DNA of 64,000 nucleotides, from the NCBI GenBank assembly GCA_963700635.1, contig CAVOYH010000003.1, forward strand, positions 1,472,001 to 1,536,000, written 5' to 3'. The notes beneath the pieces were generated by a model. The model had not been told where the DNA came from, did no database searches, and saw only the letters and a program-made list of their open reading frames with translations. This stretch comes from an uncultured Bacteroidota bacterium. GTDB taxonomy: Bacteria; Bacteroidota; Ignavibacteria; UBA10030; UBA6906. Shown piece by piece: positions 27,462 through 37,909 of the stretch; the first letter of the stretch is position 1, and every line of letters starts with the position of its first letter. A program made the translations under genes and the position numbers.

Positions 27462-28442
27462 CTAGCCAACCTGTCTGTCGAAGATCCAGCTGAAACGGTC
27501 GGGTCCGGTCAGCGAGACGCGCTCCGCGAGCGCCCGGTAACGATCTGCCAATCCGCTGAGGTACTCCTGCGACTTGGCGGCAACGTCGGAGAGCCCGGGG
27601 ATGTGTTCGATATTCCAGTGTTTCACGAGACTCTCGACAATCTCCGCGTAGTCCAGAGCCGTATAGACGCCCGTACGCTGGGCCACCTTCGAGAAACGCA
27701 GAAACAGATTGTCGTCCTTCCCGTCGCGCATCATGACTGCAGGCATGACGATTTTACGTTTCATCATCGTCGCGAACGCCAGCACTGCACGAACAGGATC
27801 GACCTCGAAGATTTTGGACATGAACAACTTGTAGGCCTTCTCGTGCCGCGCCTCATCACCGGCAATCACGCCGCAAATGCGGTGGAGGGTTTCATCTCCT
27901 GCTCGTAATGCATGCGTGGCAACGTTTCGGTGGGATATCTTTGTGGCTCGTTCCTGGAACGATGTGTAAATGAACCCGAGGTAGGGGTCGTTTTCTGTCT
28001 GAGGGTCGAATCCGCTGTTGATGAGATGATGGATGGTCACCTCCACCGCACGCATATCCACCCTGCCGGTCAGCAGCAGATAGCGGTTCAGGAGGTCGCC
28101 GTGCCGGTTTTCTTCGGCCGTCCATCCTCTGCTCCACCGTGCCCATGGCGTATCACTCGTACCGGTCATATCCGTAAGCCCGTCAAGGCGGTTGAGCCAG
28201 GTCTGGTAGGTGGGGAGTGCTTCTTCCGTTACCATATCCCCGACCAGAACCACCAGAAGCTCGTCCGGCAGGTCCTTTGCTTCGTTTCGTAGGGCGTCGA
28301 CCCGCTCCTTCCACCCCGGGTCAGTCAGTACGGGGAGAAAATCCGTAGGTTGCCAGCTGCTTTCGACGGGTTTGAGAAGTGTGTCGATGTTCTCGCCGAC
28401 ATATCCTTCTATGCTCTTGATAACTTCCAACTTTGTTGGCAT
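27462..28442 (-). CDS. Acyl-ACP desaturase (ferritin-like di-iron)
   Basis: WQPTDFLP; TEEALPTY; [10 protein letters not shown]; QERATKISH; DEARHE. Confidence 0.93.
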   Translation of the reverse strand: MPTKLEVIKSIEGYVGENIDTLLKPVESSWQPTDFLPVLTDPGWKERVDALRNEAKDLPDELLVVLVGDMVTEEALPTYQTWLNRLDGLTDMTGTSDTPWARWSRGWTAEENRHGDLLNRYLLLTGRVDMRAVEVTIHHLINSGFDPQTENDPYLGFIYTSFQERATKISHRNVATHALRAGDETLHRICGVIAGDEARHEKAYKLFMSKIFEVDPVRAVLAFATMMKRKIVMPAVMMRDGKDDNLFLRFSKVAQRTGVYTALDYAEIVESLVKHWNIEHIPGLSDVAAKSQEYLSGLADRYRALAERVSLTGPDRFSWIFDRQVG

Positions 28443-28565
28443 GCCGGTCCGACCGATCAAGTGATCCCCTATCAAAGAACACCGTGGAAGACAAAAGTGT
28501 TTCCCTCTTCCCGGGATTGTTGAAGGTTGCTTCTGCTTCCCCGAACGAAGAAAGGCCTTCGTTTC

Positions 28566-29588
28566 CTAGACCCTGCTCCTTCCCACTTCATCCAGCATGG
28601 CCATATAGTTCGCAAACGCGACGTATTCAGGAATACTGTTCCCCGACCCGGCACAGTATCCGGTGCCGTTCCACGCCGCCGCGATGTTCCGCCGGACCTG
28701 CTCCCGTACCTCTTCCGGAGTCCCCCTGGCCAGAAGATCTACGTCGATGTGGCCGATAAGGGCAAGACGATCTCCGTAGCGCCGTTTGACCTCGGCGATA
28801 TCCATCGCTTTGGGCTCAATAGGGTGAAGTGCATCGATCCCACAATCGATCAGTTCATCCATAACGTCGAAAAGAACCCCGTCTGAATGATAAATCAGCG
28901 GCTTTCCGACCCGCCGTGCGATATCACCAACTTCCTTCAGCCAGGGAAAAAAGTACCTGCGGAGCATTGCCGGGGAGATCATCAGCCCTGTTGCGTACGC
29001 AATGTCGTCGCTGTACCAGAGGGCGTCGACGGCAGGGTGCTCCGCCATCCGTTTGAACATCGCAACGACGATCGTGCCGAGGCGCTCATTGAGCTCCCCG
29101 ACAAGACCCGGGTCTTCATAGCACGCCATGGAGAATGCTTCGAATCCCATCATCTCCCAGGTCATGGTGAAAATGTCTCCGTATTGGCCGATCACACCCA
29201 GTCCGCGCGGAAGATGCGCCGGAGCATCATCAAAACGGCCATAGGTGATGTCGGAAACCCCGGGAAACGTGTAATGGTCCAGGGACGTTCGATTGGTGAT
29301 TACTCCGGTACTCTCCGAGGCCCATTTCCTGAAGACCGTTCCGTCCGGATTGTAGGTCACGTTTCCGTCTCCCCCGACCTTCCCGGGATTGAAATCGACG
29401 ATGGGCTGGAGCTTGACATAATCATAACCCGCCCTGTACCAGAAATCGATCTCGTCTGCCAACGTTTCAAGTGGTCTGCCGAGGAATCGTTCCTTGATCC
29501 GGGGGTGAACCCCCAGCTCTGCATTGGGAACATAGTCCGCGGGTTGACGCCGTAGCGTGGCTAATAGCTGTGTCTTGTCGGGTCGCAT
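28566..29588 (-). CDS. Uroporphyrinogen decarboxylase / methyltransferase (URO-D-like) family protein
   Basis: YSDDIAY..MISP; YHSDG; HPIEPKAMD; GHIDVD; GSGNSIP. Confidence 0.88.
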   Translation of the reverse strand: MRPDKTQLLATLRRQPADYVPNAELGVHPRIKERFLGRPLETLADEIDFWYRAGYDYVKLQPIVDFNPGKVGGDGNVTYNPDGTVFRKWASESTGVITNRTSLDHYTFPGVSDITYGRFDDAPAHLPRGLGVIGQYGDIFTMTWEMMGFEAFSMACYEDPGLVGELNERLGTIVVAMFKRMAEHPAVDALWYSDDIAYATGLMISPAMLRRYFFPWLKEVGDIARRVGKPLIYHSDGVLFDVMDELIDCGIDALHPIEPKAMDIAEVKRRYGDRLALIGHIDVDLLARGTPEEVREQVRRNIAAAWNGTGYCAGSGNSIPEYVAFANYMAMLDEVGRSRV

Positions 29589-29717
29589 CTCAAGTAAAGG
29601 TTAAAATCTTTTAAGTAACATTCGCGTGTCTGTTTTCGTATTATCAAGTGACAATCGTCACATATTGAGACCAGGCGGTTGCCTATGTTGACTCAGAACA
29701 TACAGTACCCGGGGGAT

Positions 29718-29867
29718 ATGATGAAATCGATCTGGACATTTGCGGCGTTGCTGGCAGTTGCTGCAATTCCCATTTTACTCGCAACCAATACCTCGAAGAG
29801 GAAAGTTGTCATCCCCGTGGCGGGTGACGCAAACGACATCTTTGAGTGGGAATTTCAGGAAGACTGA
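29718..29867 (+). CDS. Small single-TM hypothetical protein
   Basis: GGGGA RBS; MMKSIWTFAALLAVAAIPILLA followed by an acidic tail. Confidence 0.55.
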   Translation: MMKSIWTFAALLAVAAIPILLATNTSKRKVVIPVAGDANDIFEWEFQED

Positions 29868-30011
29868 CTCTTCGCTTCGTGGTGGATCAAGGGCACCAGG
29901 GACCGTTGGTGGGAGCTTCACCCTGTTGCCCATTTTTTTTCGTCACTCCTTGAACCTCAACCCTCGATCGTTACTGTCGTTGGCCCTTCTTCGGACGCAT
30001 CCCTCTTTTCG

Positions 30012-32324
30012 CTAGAAACTGATCGTCCCCTGTCCTTCTTCTCCCTCTTTCCACTTTGAGCTCGTGTGTTTGTCGCATCGTCCCGGCAGAGTCTTCTGCG
30101 TGAAGTATTCGGTGGTGGTGACGGGACAGTATTGCGTTGCAAGTTTCTTTGTGTCGACGCAGATGGTTTCCTGCAGAACACCCGGTGGTTTCTCAAAGTA
30201 TTCGAGGGGCATCCCGATGCTGGGGTCTTCATAGACGTACTTCATGAACCGCCCCCAGATGGGAGCAGCGGCGCGCCCTCCCTGTCCGTCCCATGTTTTG
30301 AAGTGTACGCTCTTATTGTCGAAGCCCATCCACACCGATGCGCTGAGTTGCGGTGTGTATCCCACGAACCATGCGTCGGCGAATTCCGATGTCGTCCCCG
30401 TTTTTCCGGCCGCGGGAAGCTGGAAGAAATCCCGCACATGGCTTCCCGTTCCTCCATTCACGACGCCCTCCAGCATTGACGTCATGATGAATGCCGTCTC
30501 CTCGCTCAGGACTTCTCGTTGAAGCGGAATGTTCTCTTCAATCAGATTCCCGTCCTTGTCTTCGATGCGAAGGATGGAGACCGGTTCGACATACACGCCA
30601 TGGTTTGCGTAGACGCCGAAGGCAGAAGCCATTTCGAGTGGCGACACGTCCCCCGCACCGAGCGCCAGTGACGCATATGGCGGAAGCGGGGAGGTGATCC
30701 CCATCCGCTTTGCATATTCGATGACCTGGTTGACCGGGGCGATTTCCTCTATGGCTCGCACCGCCACCAGGTTAATGGACATCTTAATTGCATAGCGAAT
30801 CGTACTCTTGCCGCCAAACGTCAGATCGGAATTCGACGGGGCCCAGCGCTTCCCGTCAGGCATCATGAGAATAACCGGTTGATTGAGCAATTCGAACGTC
30901 GGCGCGTAGCCGTTGTCAATGGCGACAGTATAGACGAAGGGTTTGAAAGCCGATCCTACCTGCCGGCGGATCTGGGTCACGTGATTGAGGCCGTACTTGA
31001 AATTCCTGAAGTTCGAACCGCCCACAAGCGAAAGGATGCCGCCGGTGGTTGGATCGAGGACCACAAAGCCGATTTCGATCTGCTGCGCAACGTGCATCAT
31101 GGAATCGAGCCAGGGCCGATCGTCTTTGCGCGCGGCATACAGACTGTCGCGGTCATGCGACGTCACTGCCTTGCGGTAGGCGGGCGACGTGCGGATTGCC
31201 TGATCAATCACGAAGCTGAGGGCCTCGCGCTCCTGTGACCAGTTCCACTCCTTGTCGAAAAGGGCCTGATAGATCGTGAGGTGCTCTTCGACTGCACGGT
31301 TTGCCTGACGCTGCATGCGGCTGTCGAGAGTCGTGAATACCTGGATACCATCGCGATACACATCGAACCCGTATTTCTCCGCCTTCTCCGCAAGACGCTG
31401 GCGGATGTATTCCACGAAGTGGGGGGCAATACCTGTCCGCGTCGATGCATCGGTGGCCTTCAGCTGAATTGGCTCCGCCTTCGCTTCGTCCGCGACTTCC
31501 TTGGTGATATACCCGTACTTCAGCATTTGACCGATTACCAGGTTTCTGCGGGCAAGCGCCCTGTCGGGATGCGTCGACGGATCGTAGATCGCCGGCCCTT
31601 TCAGCAGCGCGACAAGCATGGCTGCTTCGGGCACGGTAAGCTCCGCGGGCGTTTTGCCGAAGTACTCCTGACCGGCAGAAGAGATACCGTACGATCCGCG
31701 ACCGAAATAGACGACGTTCAAGTAGAACTCGAGGATTTCCTCTTTTGTGAAGTTACGTTCAAGCTGGATCGACGTGATGAACTCGCGGAACTTCCGGGTC
31801 ACCGTGTCAAAGGCGTTCCGGTCGTCATGACCGAGATAGAGATTCCGAGCGAGTTGTTGCGTGATCGTGCTGGCGCCTTCACGAACGCGCCACAGGCGGA
31901 GCGTGTTCTTGACCATCGCCTTGATGAAACGGACGGCGTCGACGCCCCAGTGGCTGTAGAAGTCCTTGTCCTCGGTGGCGATCAGAGCGTCCTGAACGGT
32001 GGAGGGGATCTCTGCAAGGCTCACCTGAGACCGGTTCTTGATGAAGAACTGGTCCAGGACTTCGCCATCAACCGAGAAGACCTTTGTGGCGAGCTCGGGT
32101 TTGGGATTTTCGATTCTCTCGAGGCCCGGCAGGCCTGAAAAGAGATAGATGGTGTAGACGGTCAGCAGCAGGAGAAGGGGGGTGCCCAGAATCAGAGGAA
32201 GGCGCCATCGCGTTGTGCGGTGGGGGACTTCCCCCTGTTGCGCATGCTGGCGGCGGTACTCCGGATCATTGAAATAGCGTTCCATCTCTTCGGCAGTATA
32301 GGGACCCGGTTTCTTTTGTGTCAT
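30012..32324 (-). CDS. mrcA: Penicillin-binding protein 1A (transglycosylase-transpeptidase)
   Basis: EDKDFYSHWG; GASTITQQLARN; SAFK, SIN and KTG motifs. Confidence 0.93.
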   Translation of the reverse strand: MTQKKPGPYTAEEMERYFNDPEYRRQHAQQGEVPHRTTRWRLPLILGTPLLLLLTVYTIYLFSGLPGLERIENPKPELATKVFSVDGEVLDQFFIKNRSQVSLAEIPSTVQDALIATEDKDFYSHWGVDAVRFIKAMVKNTLRLWRVREGASTITQQLARNLYLGHDDRNAFDTVTRKFREFITSIQLERNFTKEEILEFYLNVVYFGRGSYGISSAGQEYFGKTPAELTVPEAAMLVALLKGPAIYDPSTHPDRALARRNLVIGQMLKYGYITKEVADEAKAEPIQLKATDASTRTGIAPHFVEYIRQRLAEKAEKYGFDVYRDGIQVFTTLDSRMQRQANRAVEEHLTIYQALFDKEWNWSQEREALSFVIDQAIRTSPAYRKAVTSHDRDSLYAARKDDRPWLDSMMHVAQQIEIGFVVLDPTTGGILSLVGGSNFRNFKYGLNHVTQIRRQVGSAFKPFVYTVAIDNGYAPTFELLNQPVILMMPDGKRWAPSNSDLTFGGKSTIRYAIKMSINLVAVRAIEEIAPVNQVIEYAKRMGITSPLPPYASLALGAGDVSPLEMASAFGVYANHGVYVEPVSILRIEDKDGNLIEENIPLQREVLSEETAFIMTSMLEGVVNGGTGSHVRDFFQLPAAGKTGTTSEFADAWFVGYTPQLSASVWMGFDNKSVHFKTWDGQGGRAAAPIWGRFMKYVYEDPSIGMPLEYFEKPPGVLQETICVDTKKLATQYCPVTTTEYFTQKTLPGRCDKHTSSKWKEGEEGQGTISF

Positions 32325-32335
32325 GGTGGTGCGTC

Positions 32336-33061
32336 CTACCGTCCGTTCCAGCTTTCGAGCGTAATCGTGCCGCCGGTCAACACGGCATACGTGTGGTACG
32401 TGATCCAGTCGCCAAGGTTGATATAGATCCCCGACCCGATCGTCTCCATGTGCGGCTGGTGCCTGTGTCCCATGACGACAATATCCATCCCTTCACGGAT
32501 TTTCTGTGCCGCAAAGGCTGCCATCCCTTCATCTTCGCCGTAGTCTTTCTGTGCCGTGTACTGTCTGCTGGTCCGTGACGATCGTCGGGCCAGCCAGACC
32601 CCCATGTCGGGGTGGAGGAGGCGATACATCCGGATTGCGAGCCGATTCCGGAGGACCGGCTTGATCATACGGTAGCCCCGGTCGCGCGGAGCCAGACCGT
32701 CTCCATGGTGCAGATAGATCTGCTTTCCGTCAACCTCCAGCGAGCACGGGTCCAGATAGAGCCGGATGCCCAGTTCATCCTGGAAGTAATTCCCCATCCA
32801 GAAATCGTGATTCCCTGCGACATAGTGTACAGGAATCCCCCTGTCTGTGAAGGCCTGCAGTGCTGCCAGCGTTCGGTGATATCCCTTCGGGATCACGCTG
32901 CGGTATTCGAACCAGAAATCAAACAGGTCGCCGACAATGCAGAGCTGATCGGTCTGAGGAAGAATCCACGCAAGAAAATCAAGGAGGCGGGATTCCTTCC
33001 GGCGTTCCTCTTCTCGCTCGCCCAATCCAAGATGAACATCTGAGATGAAAAAGACAGGCAT
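32336..33061 (-). CDS. lpxH: UDP-2,3-diacylglucosamine diphosphatase
   Basis: FISDVHLG; GDLFDFW; GNHD; HGD; GHRH; NLGDW. Confidence 0.88.
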   Translation of the reverse strand: MPVFFISDVHLGLGEREEERRKESRLLDFLAWILPQTDQLCIVGDLFDFWFEYRSVIPKGYHRTLAALQAFTDRGIPVHYVAGNHDFWMGNYFQDELGIRLYLDPCSLEVDGKQIYLHHGDGLAPRDRGYRMIKPVLRNRLAIRMYRLLHPDMGVWLARRSSRTSRQYTAQKDYGEDEGMAAFAAQKIREGMDIVVMGHRHQPHMETIGSGIYINLGDWITYHTYAVLTGGTITLESWNGR

Positions 33062-33067
33062 ATACAC

Positions 33068-33096
33068 AATTTAGGAAAAGATGGGAGGAAAGTAAA
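33068..33096 (-). promoter_or_regulatory. Promoter immediately upstream of lpxH (leaderless geometry)
   Basis: TTTACT-17-TAAATT followed by 6 nt and then ATG. Confidence 0.55.
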
Positions 33097-33120
33097 CAGG
33101 GATGGGGGAGTGTCTGCCCC

Positions 33121-34398
33121 TTATGTGCCGGATGCCGCGCTCTCCGCCACCACCTTTGGCTCTACGACACCCTGTAACAGGATCAGTCCGACGACGAAAA
33201 ACGCACCGATTGCCAGCGCGGCTTCACGTTCGCCGGTCAGATCGGCCACGATCCCGTACAGAAGTGGCCCGACCACGGCGGATGCCTTTCCGCATAATCC
33301 ATCGTAAAACCCGAAGAACTCGGCTTCGCGCTGGGGTGGCGTGAGGAGGGCCATGAAGCTTCTGCTGGACGATTGTGAAGAACCGGTAGCAACGCCTGCG
33401 GCAAGGGCCACGATGTAGAACTGCGCTGCGCTCTGGACAAAGAACGCACTTACGACAATGGCGATCCAGAGGACCAGAGTGATGCTGATGGTGCGCTTCG
33501 GGCCGATCTTGTCGGTGAGAATACCGAACAACAATGAGCCGATGACAGCGCTGGTCTGCACGACGGCGAAAAACCCGATGATCTCGGTGTCGCTCATCTG
33601 GAGCACCTGCTGGGCAAAGATGGCGGCAAAGGCGATGATCGTCAGGATCCCATCGTTGTAGAGAAAGAAGGCGATGAGAAATCGGGCCAATGACGGATGG
33701 GAGCGCTCGACGAAGAGTGCTTTCAGCGTCCGCGCCGAGCGTCGCATGCCTGCTTTCAGCAGATCGGCCGGGGGGGTCCCTGCGAGAGGAGGCTCCGGAA
33801 CAACGAAGAAGAGCGGGAGAGAGAACACCAGGAAGAACCCTGCCGCGATAACGAACGTCCCCCGCACCCACGTGAGATACGTCGGGTCGTCTGCCCCCGG
33901 GAGGAGACCGCCGACGATGAGCAGAACGGCGAGCGAACCCATGTATCCCATGGCAAAGCCGTACCCCGAGACTCTTCCATAGCTCTTCGTGGTGGTGAGC
34001 CCGGGCAGGAATGCGTCATAGAAGACGATTCCACCCTCAAAGCCGATATTGGCGATCACGAAGAGGACAATGCCGGCAAGGACCATCCCTTCGGTGACAA
34101 AAAACAGGAGTGCGGTGCAGAGGACCGAGGCAAGGGTGAACAGGAGGAGGAATCGCTTACGGTGGCGTGCGAAGTCTGCGACAGCGCCGAGAGGCGGGGC
34201 AAGCAGGGCCGCCAGAAGCATGGAGAGGCTGACCGCAAGCCCCCAGAGCCACCGTTGTCCTCCTGCGACATGATTGATGAAATACCGCGGAAAGATGACG
34301 GTGACCATGACCACGGAAAACGCCGTATTGGCGAAGTCGAAGAGCGTCCACGCGAATATGCGGCTGCGGGAGGGTGGCTCCGGCTTCATGAAGGTCAC
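33121..34398 (-). CDS. MFS transporter (UMF1/Atg22-like)
   Basis: WTLFDFANTAF; FYDAFLP; GRVSGYGFAMGY; AEFFGFY. Confidence 0.88.
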   Translation of the reverse strand: MTFMKPEPPSRSRIFAWTLFDFANTAFSVVMVTVIFPRYFINHVAGGQRWLWGLAVSLSMLLAALLAPPLGAVADFARHRKRFLLLFTLASVLCTALLFFVTEGMVLAGIVLFVIANIGFEGGIVFYDAFLPGLTTTKSYGRVSGYGFAMGYMGSLAVLLIVGGLLPGADDPTYLTWVRGTFVIAAGFFLVFSLPLFFVVPEPPLAGTPPADLLKAGMRRSARTLKALFVERSHPSLARFLIAFFLYNDGILTIIAFAAIFAQQVLQMSDTEIIGFFAVVQTSAVIGSLLFGILTDKIGPKRTISITLVLWIAIVVSAFFVQSAAQFYIVALAAGVATGSSQSSSRSFMALLTPPQREAEFFGFYDGLCGKASAVVGPLLYGIVADLTGEREAALAIGAFFVVGLILLQGVVEPKVVAESAASGT

Positions 34399-34910
34399 GT
34401 CGATGAAGGAGAGGATTTTTCCCTGGGGGGTCGCACCACAGGTTCGCCTTCGTACAAGCCCCTGCCGGCCTTCGTGACTGCGCCGTCACCCAGCCGCTCC
34501 GGTCCGTTGAGCTTAATGTCGTTCAGGACCGCATCGAGGACGCCGTTCACAAATTGTCCGCTTCTCTCGGTACTGAAGAGCTTCGCGAGCTCGATTGCTT
34601 CGTTCATCGTAACTTTCGGAGGGATCTCACGAAAGTAGAGCAGCTCACAAATGCCCATGCGGAGGATCAGCCGGTCCAGAGTGGCGATGCGCTTGAAATC
34701 CCAGTTTGCCACACGGGCTTTGATGATTTTGTCGATGTCTTCGCTGTGCTGCACCGTCTGGATAACAAGATTGCGCGCAAACTCATAGGCCGGCTTGTTG
34801 GACTGCAGGCCGACGAGCACGCAGGAGATGACATGATCCACGGGATCTTCGGAAATCTCGTGGGCATACAGAGCCTGAACGACCTTTTCTCTGATTATTC
34901 GGCGTCTCAC
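34395..34910 (-). CDS. nusB: Transcription antitermination factor NusB
   Basis: RRRIIREKVVQALY; DRLILR; NEAIELAK; FVNGVLD. Confidence 0.95.
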   Translation of the reverse strand: MRRRIIREKVVQALYAHEISEDPVDHVISCVLVGLQSNKPAYEFARNLVIQTVQHSEDIDKIIKARVANWDFKRIATLDRLILRMGICELLYFREIPPKVTMNEAIELAKLFSTERSGQFVNGVLDAVLNDIKLNGPERLGDGAVTKAGRGLYEGEPVVRPPREKSSPSST

Positions 34911-34931
34911 AGTGCGGCTCTCCCTTCTGTC

Positions 34932-35711
34932 CTAACGTAACACCGTGATACGAGGCGATTCCGAGGCCGGGTGGCGATCCACGACAACGTCGGCGCCAAA
35001 TACTTCGCGGATGCGGTCCACTGTCAATACCTCCGGCGGCGTCCCGAGGGCCGCAATGCGGCCGCAGAGCAACATCGCAATTCTGTCGCTGTACATTGCG
35101 GCGAGATTCAGATCGTGCGACACCGAAACGACCGTCAGTTCTGACTGGACATTGAGTGACCGGATGAGCCGGAACATGTCCACCTGATGGGCGATGTCGA
35201 GGTGCGCAGTCGGTTCGTCAAGGAGAAGCACGAATGGTTGTTGGGCAAGTGCCCGGGCCAGGAATGCACGCTGGCGTTCACCGCCGGACAGCTGATGGAT
35301 CGGATGGGATGCGAGGTGTGCGATATCGGTCTTCACCATCATGCGCTGCGCGATTTCCCGGTCGGCCTCGTTTTCAAAGTACCGCCCTGCCGCATGTGGC
35401 GCGCGTCCCATCAGAACAATTTCTTCGACGGTGAACGGAAAGCTGGTGTCCCGGTCCTGCGGAACGTACGCGATGCGGCGCGCGAGTTCGGCCCGCGTGT
35501 GCGTCCCCAGGGGCTTTCCTTCAAGCGTGATCGTGCCCGCGTCCGGAAGGAAAATCCGGTCGAGAAGTTTGAGCAGGGTGGACTTGCCGGACCCGTTGGG
35601 ACCGACCAGCGTGAGAAACTCCCCGCGGTTCACCGCAAATGAGATGTTCTGAAGCGTAGGAATGCCGGCGATGTAGCTGAAGGAGACGGTATCGGCGGTG
35701 AGGACGGGCAT
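34932..35711 (-). CDS. Iron-siderophore/heme/cobalamin ABC transporter ATPase (FecE/BtuD-like)
   Basis: GPNGSGKST; LSGGERQR; LLDEPTAHLD; SHDLNLA. Confidence 0.92.
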   Translation of the reverse strand: MPVLTADTVSFSYIAGIPTLQNISFAVNRGEFLTLVGPNGSGKSTLLKLLDRIFLPDAGTITLEGKPLGTHTRAELARRIAYVPQDRDTSFPFTVEEIVLMGRAPHAAGRYFENEADREIAQRMMVKTDIAHLASHPIHQLSGGERQRAFLARALAQQPFVLLLDEPTAHLDIAHQVDMFRLIRSLNVQSELTVVSVSHDLNLAAMYSDRIAMLLCGRIAALGTPPEVLTVDRIREVFGADVVVDRHPASESPRITVLR

Positions 35712-35855
35712 TTTCGTAGAACAGGGGAACGGGGGCTCGTGTGTTGTCAATGATCTAATCTACGCAAAAGGGAGAAGGAAGGCAACTGGACTCCGTTTTT
35801 CAATGAGGCAAAGGCTGGAGAAGAGGCGAAAGGACGATGAAAGGGTCGATGATGG

Positions 35856-36875
35856 TTATGTGCGGCGGAGAAGGTAGACGAATATGGGAGCGCCGAGGAT
35901 CGCTGTCACGGCCCCGACAGGGATCTCAGCGGGAGCGATGATCGTCCTCGCCAGCGTGTCCGCAAGAATCAGAAAACTTCCCCCGAGGAGGAAGGACGCC
36001 GGCAGAAGCAGGCGGTGGTCGGCCCCGAAGATCATGCGGGTGATGTGAGGAACAATCAGACCGACAAACCCTACAACACCGCTCACTGAAACCACCCCTC
36101 CGGTAATGAGGGATGCCAGTGCGTATGAACGCCGGCGCAGCACACGGACATCGACGCCCAGCTGTGCCGCTGCGTCATCCCCCGTGGCGATCAGATTGTA
36201 CTGCTTTGCCATCAGCAGTGCCGGGACTGCCGCCACCGTCGTCACACCTCCCGCGATGGCCACCGACACGAAGCGGGCACCGCTCAGGTTTCCCATCAGC
36301 CAGAGAAATGCGTTTCGCAACTCCTGGTTGAAGAGCGCGACGGTCATGAGCACCGCAGCATTGAAAAACGCCCCCACCATGACGCCGGACAGCAACAACG
36401 TAAACGGGTCCAGCTGTCCCCGCCGGTGCGCAATGGTATAGACGAGGACCATCACGCACGCCGATCCGGCGAACGATGCCAGCGGCGCGATCAGGTAACT
36501 GATCCCGGACGCGAGCGCAATGGCGAGGATTGTCCCCATCGTTCCTCCGCTGGAGATGCCGAGGATGTACGGTTCGGCCAGCGGATTCCTCAACAGTGCC
36601 TGGAGCACCGCCCCGGCAATCGACAGCCCGGCTCCGACAAAGAGGGCGAGCAGAACGCGGGGAAGGCGGATATCGATAACGATGAGACGCTCGGTCTCCG
36701 ATACCGGGCCTATCCCGGTGCATGCGTTGATGACCTTTTCCAGGGGGATCGATACCGTGCCGACTGAGAGAGCAAGCAGGGACGATCCTGCCAGGACGAG
36801 GATGAGCGCGAAGACCACGACAAAAAAACGTCGGGTCGTGACCGGTTGATGCTTCTGCCGGAAGAGCGCTTTCAT
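35856..36875 (-). CDS. FecCD/BtuC family ABC permease
   Basis: IRLPRVLLA; RNPLAEPYILGISSG; GFVGLIVPH; EIPVG. Confidence 0.92.
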   Translation of the reverse strand: MKALFRQKHQPVTTRRFFVVVFALILVLAGSSLLALSVGTVSIPLEKVINACTGIGPVSETERLIVIDIRLPRVLLALFVGAGLSIAGAVLQALLRNPLAEPYILGISSGGTMGTILAIALASGISYLIAPLASFAGSACVMVLVYTIAHRRGQLDPFTLLLSGVMVGAFFNAAVLMTVALFNQELRNAFLWLMGNLSGARFVSVAIAGGVTTVAAVPALLMAKQYNLIATGDDAAAQLGVDVRVLRRRSYALASLITGGVVSVSGVVGFVGLIVPHITRMIFGADHRLLLPASFLLGGSFLILADTLARTIIAPAEIPVGAVTAILGAPIFVYLLRRT

Positions 36876-37909
36876 GGGGCGCCGGCACGTCTGGATGTAC
36901 GCGACGACGGTGCACGCTGGCGTTTCGGCGTGTGTAGCCCTTTCCACATTGCCTCCACGAGGAGGCGGACACCGGTACCCGCGACTGCGGAAATGGGGAT
37001 GATCGGCTTTCGTGCAATGCGGGTGCGCTGCAACGCGCTCGCTTCACCGGGGGGGAGCGCGTCGATCTTGGTGACGACGATCAGCGAAGGCTTGTCCACG
37101 AGAGAAGGGTCAAACAATCGGAGTTCGTTGATCAGAACGTCATAGTCTTCCTTGAGTGTGTTGCGCGTGGCGTCAAGGAGGAACACGAGCACACGCGTGC
37201 GCTGAATATGGCGGAGGAACTGGACCCCCAGGCCCTTCCCCAGATGTGCTCCTTCGATCAGGCCGGGGATATCCGCCACAACAAAACTCTTCCCGTCGTC
37301 GACTTTCACGATCCCGAGATTCGGCACCAGGGTGGTGAAAGGATAGTCGGCGATCTTCGGCCGGGCCGCTGAGATCACGGAAATCAGCGTCGATTTTCCG
37401 GCGTTGGGAAGACCGACGAGGCCGACGTCAGCGAGCAGTTTGAGTTCCAGATCGATGTCCCGCTCCTCGCCGTTTTCTCCGGGCTCGTACCGGCGCGGGG
37501 CCTGATCGGTGGACGTGGCAAACTCGGCGTTTCCGCGTCCCCCTCTCCCTCCTGCGGCCACACGAAACTCATCACCGTGCTGAACCAGGTCCGCCAGGAC
37601 AATTCCGCTCGCGATGTCGCGAATGATTGTTCCCTCGGGAACATCGACGGTGATGTCGGCGCCGCTTCTGCCGGTCTTTTTCGCCCCCTGTCCGTGGTCA
37701 CCCCGCGGCGCTGCATAGGAGCGCTTGTAATGGAAGTCGAGCAGCGTGGCAAGGTGACGGTTTGCGCGGAGCATGACGGAACCACCTCTGCCGCCGTTCC
37801 CTCCGTCCGGTCCGCCTTTGGGCACAAACTTCTCCCGTCGGAAGCTCACGCATCCTGAACCACCGGCCCCACCCTTAACCTGGATCTGTGCAAAATCGAC
37901 AAATTTCAT
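36872..37909 (-). CDS. obgE: GTPase ObgE/CgtA
   Basis: FVD..GGAGGSG..FRREKFVPKGGPDGG; GLPNAGKST; DYPFTT; DIPG. Confidence 0.97.
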   Translation of the reverse strand: MKFVDFAQIQVKGGAGGSGCVSFRREKFVPKGGPDGGNGGRGGSVMLRANRHLATLLDFHYKRSYAAPRGDHGQGAKKTGRSGADITVDVPEGTIIRDIASGIVLADLVQHGDEFRVAAGGRGGRGNAEFATSTDQAPRRYEPGENGEERDIDLELKLLADVGLVGLPNAGKSTLISVISAARPKIADYPFTTLVPNLGIVKVDDGKSFVVADIPGLIEGAHLGKGLGVQFLRHIQRTRVLVFLLDATRNTLKEDYDVLINELRLFDPSLVDKPSLIVVTKIDALPPGEASALQRTRIARKPIIPISAVAGTGVRLLVEAMWKGLHTPKRQRAPSSRTSRRAGAP

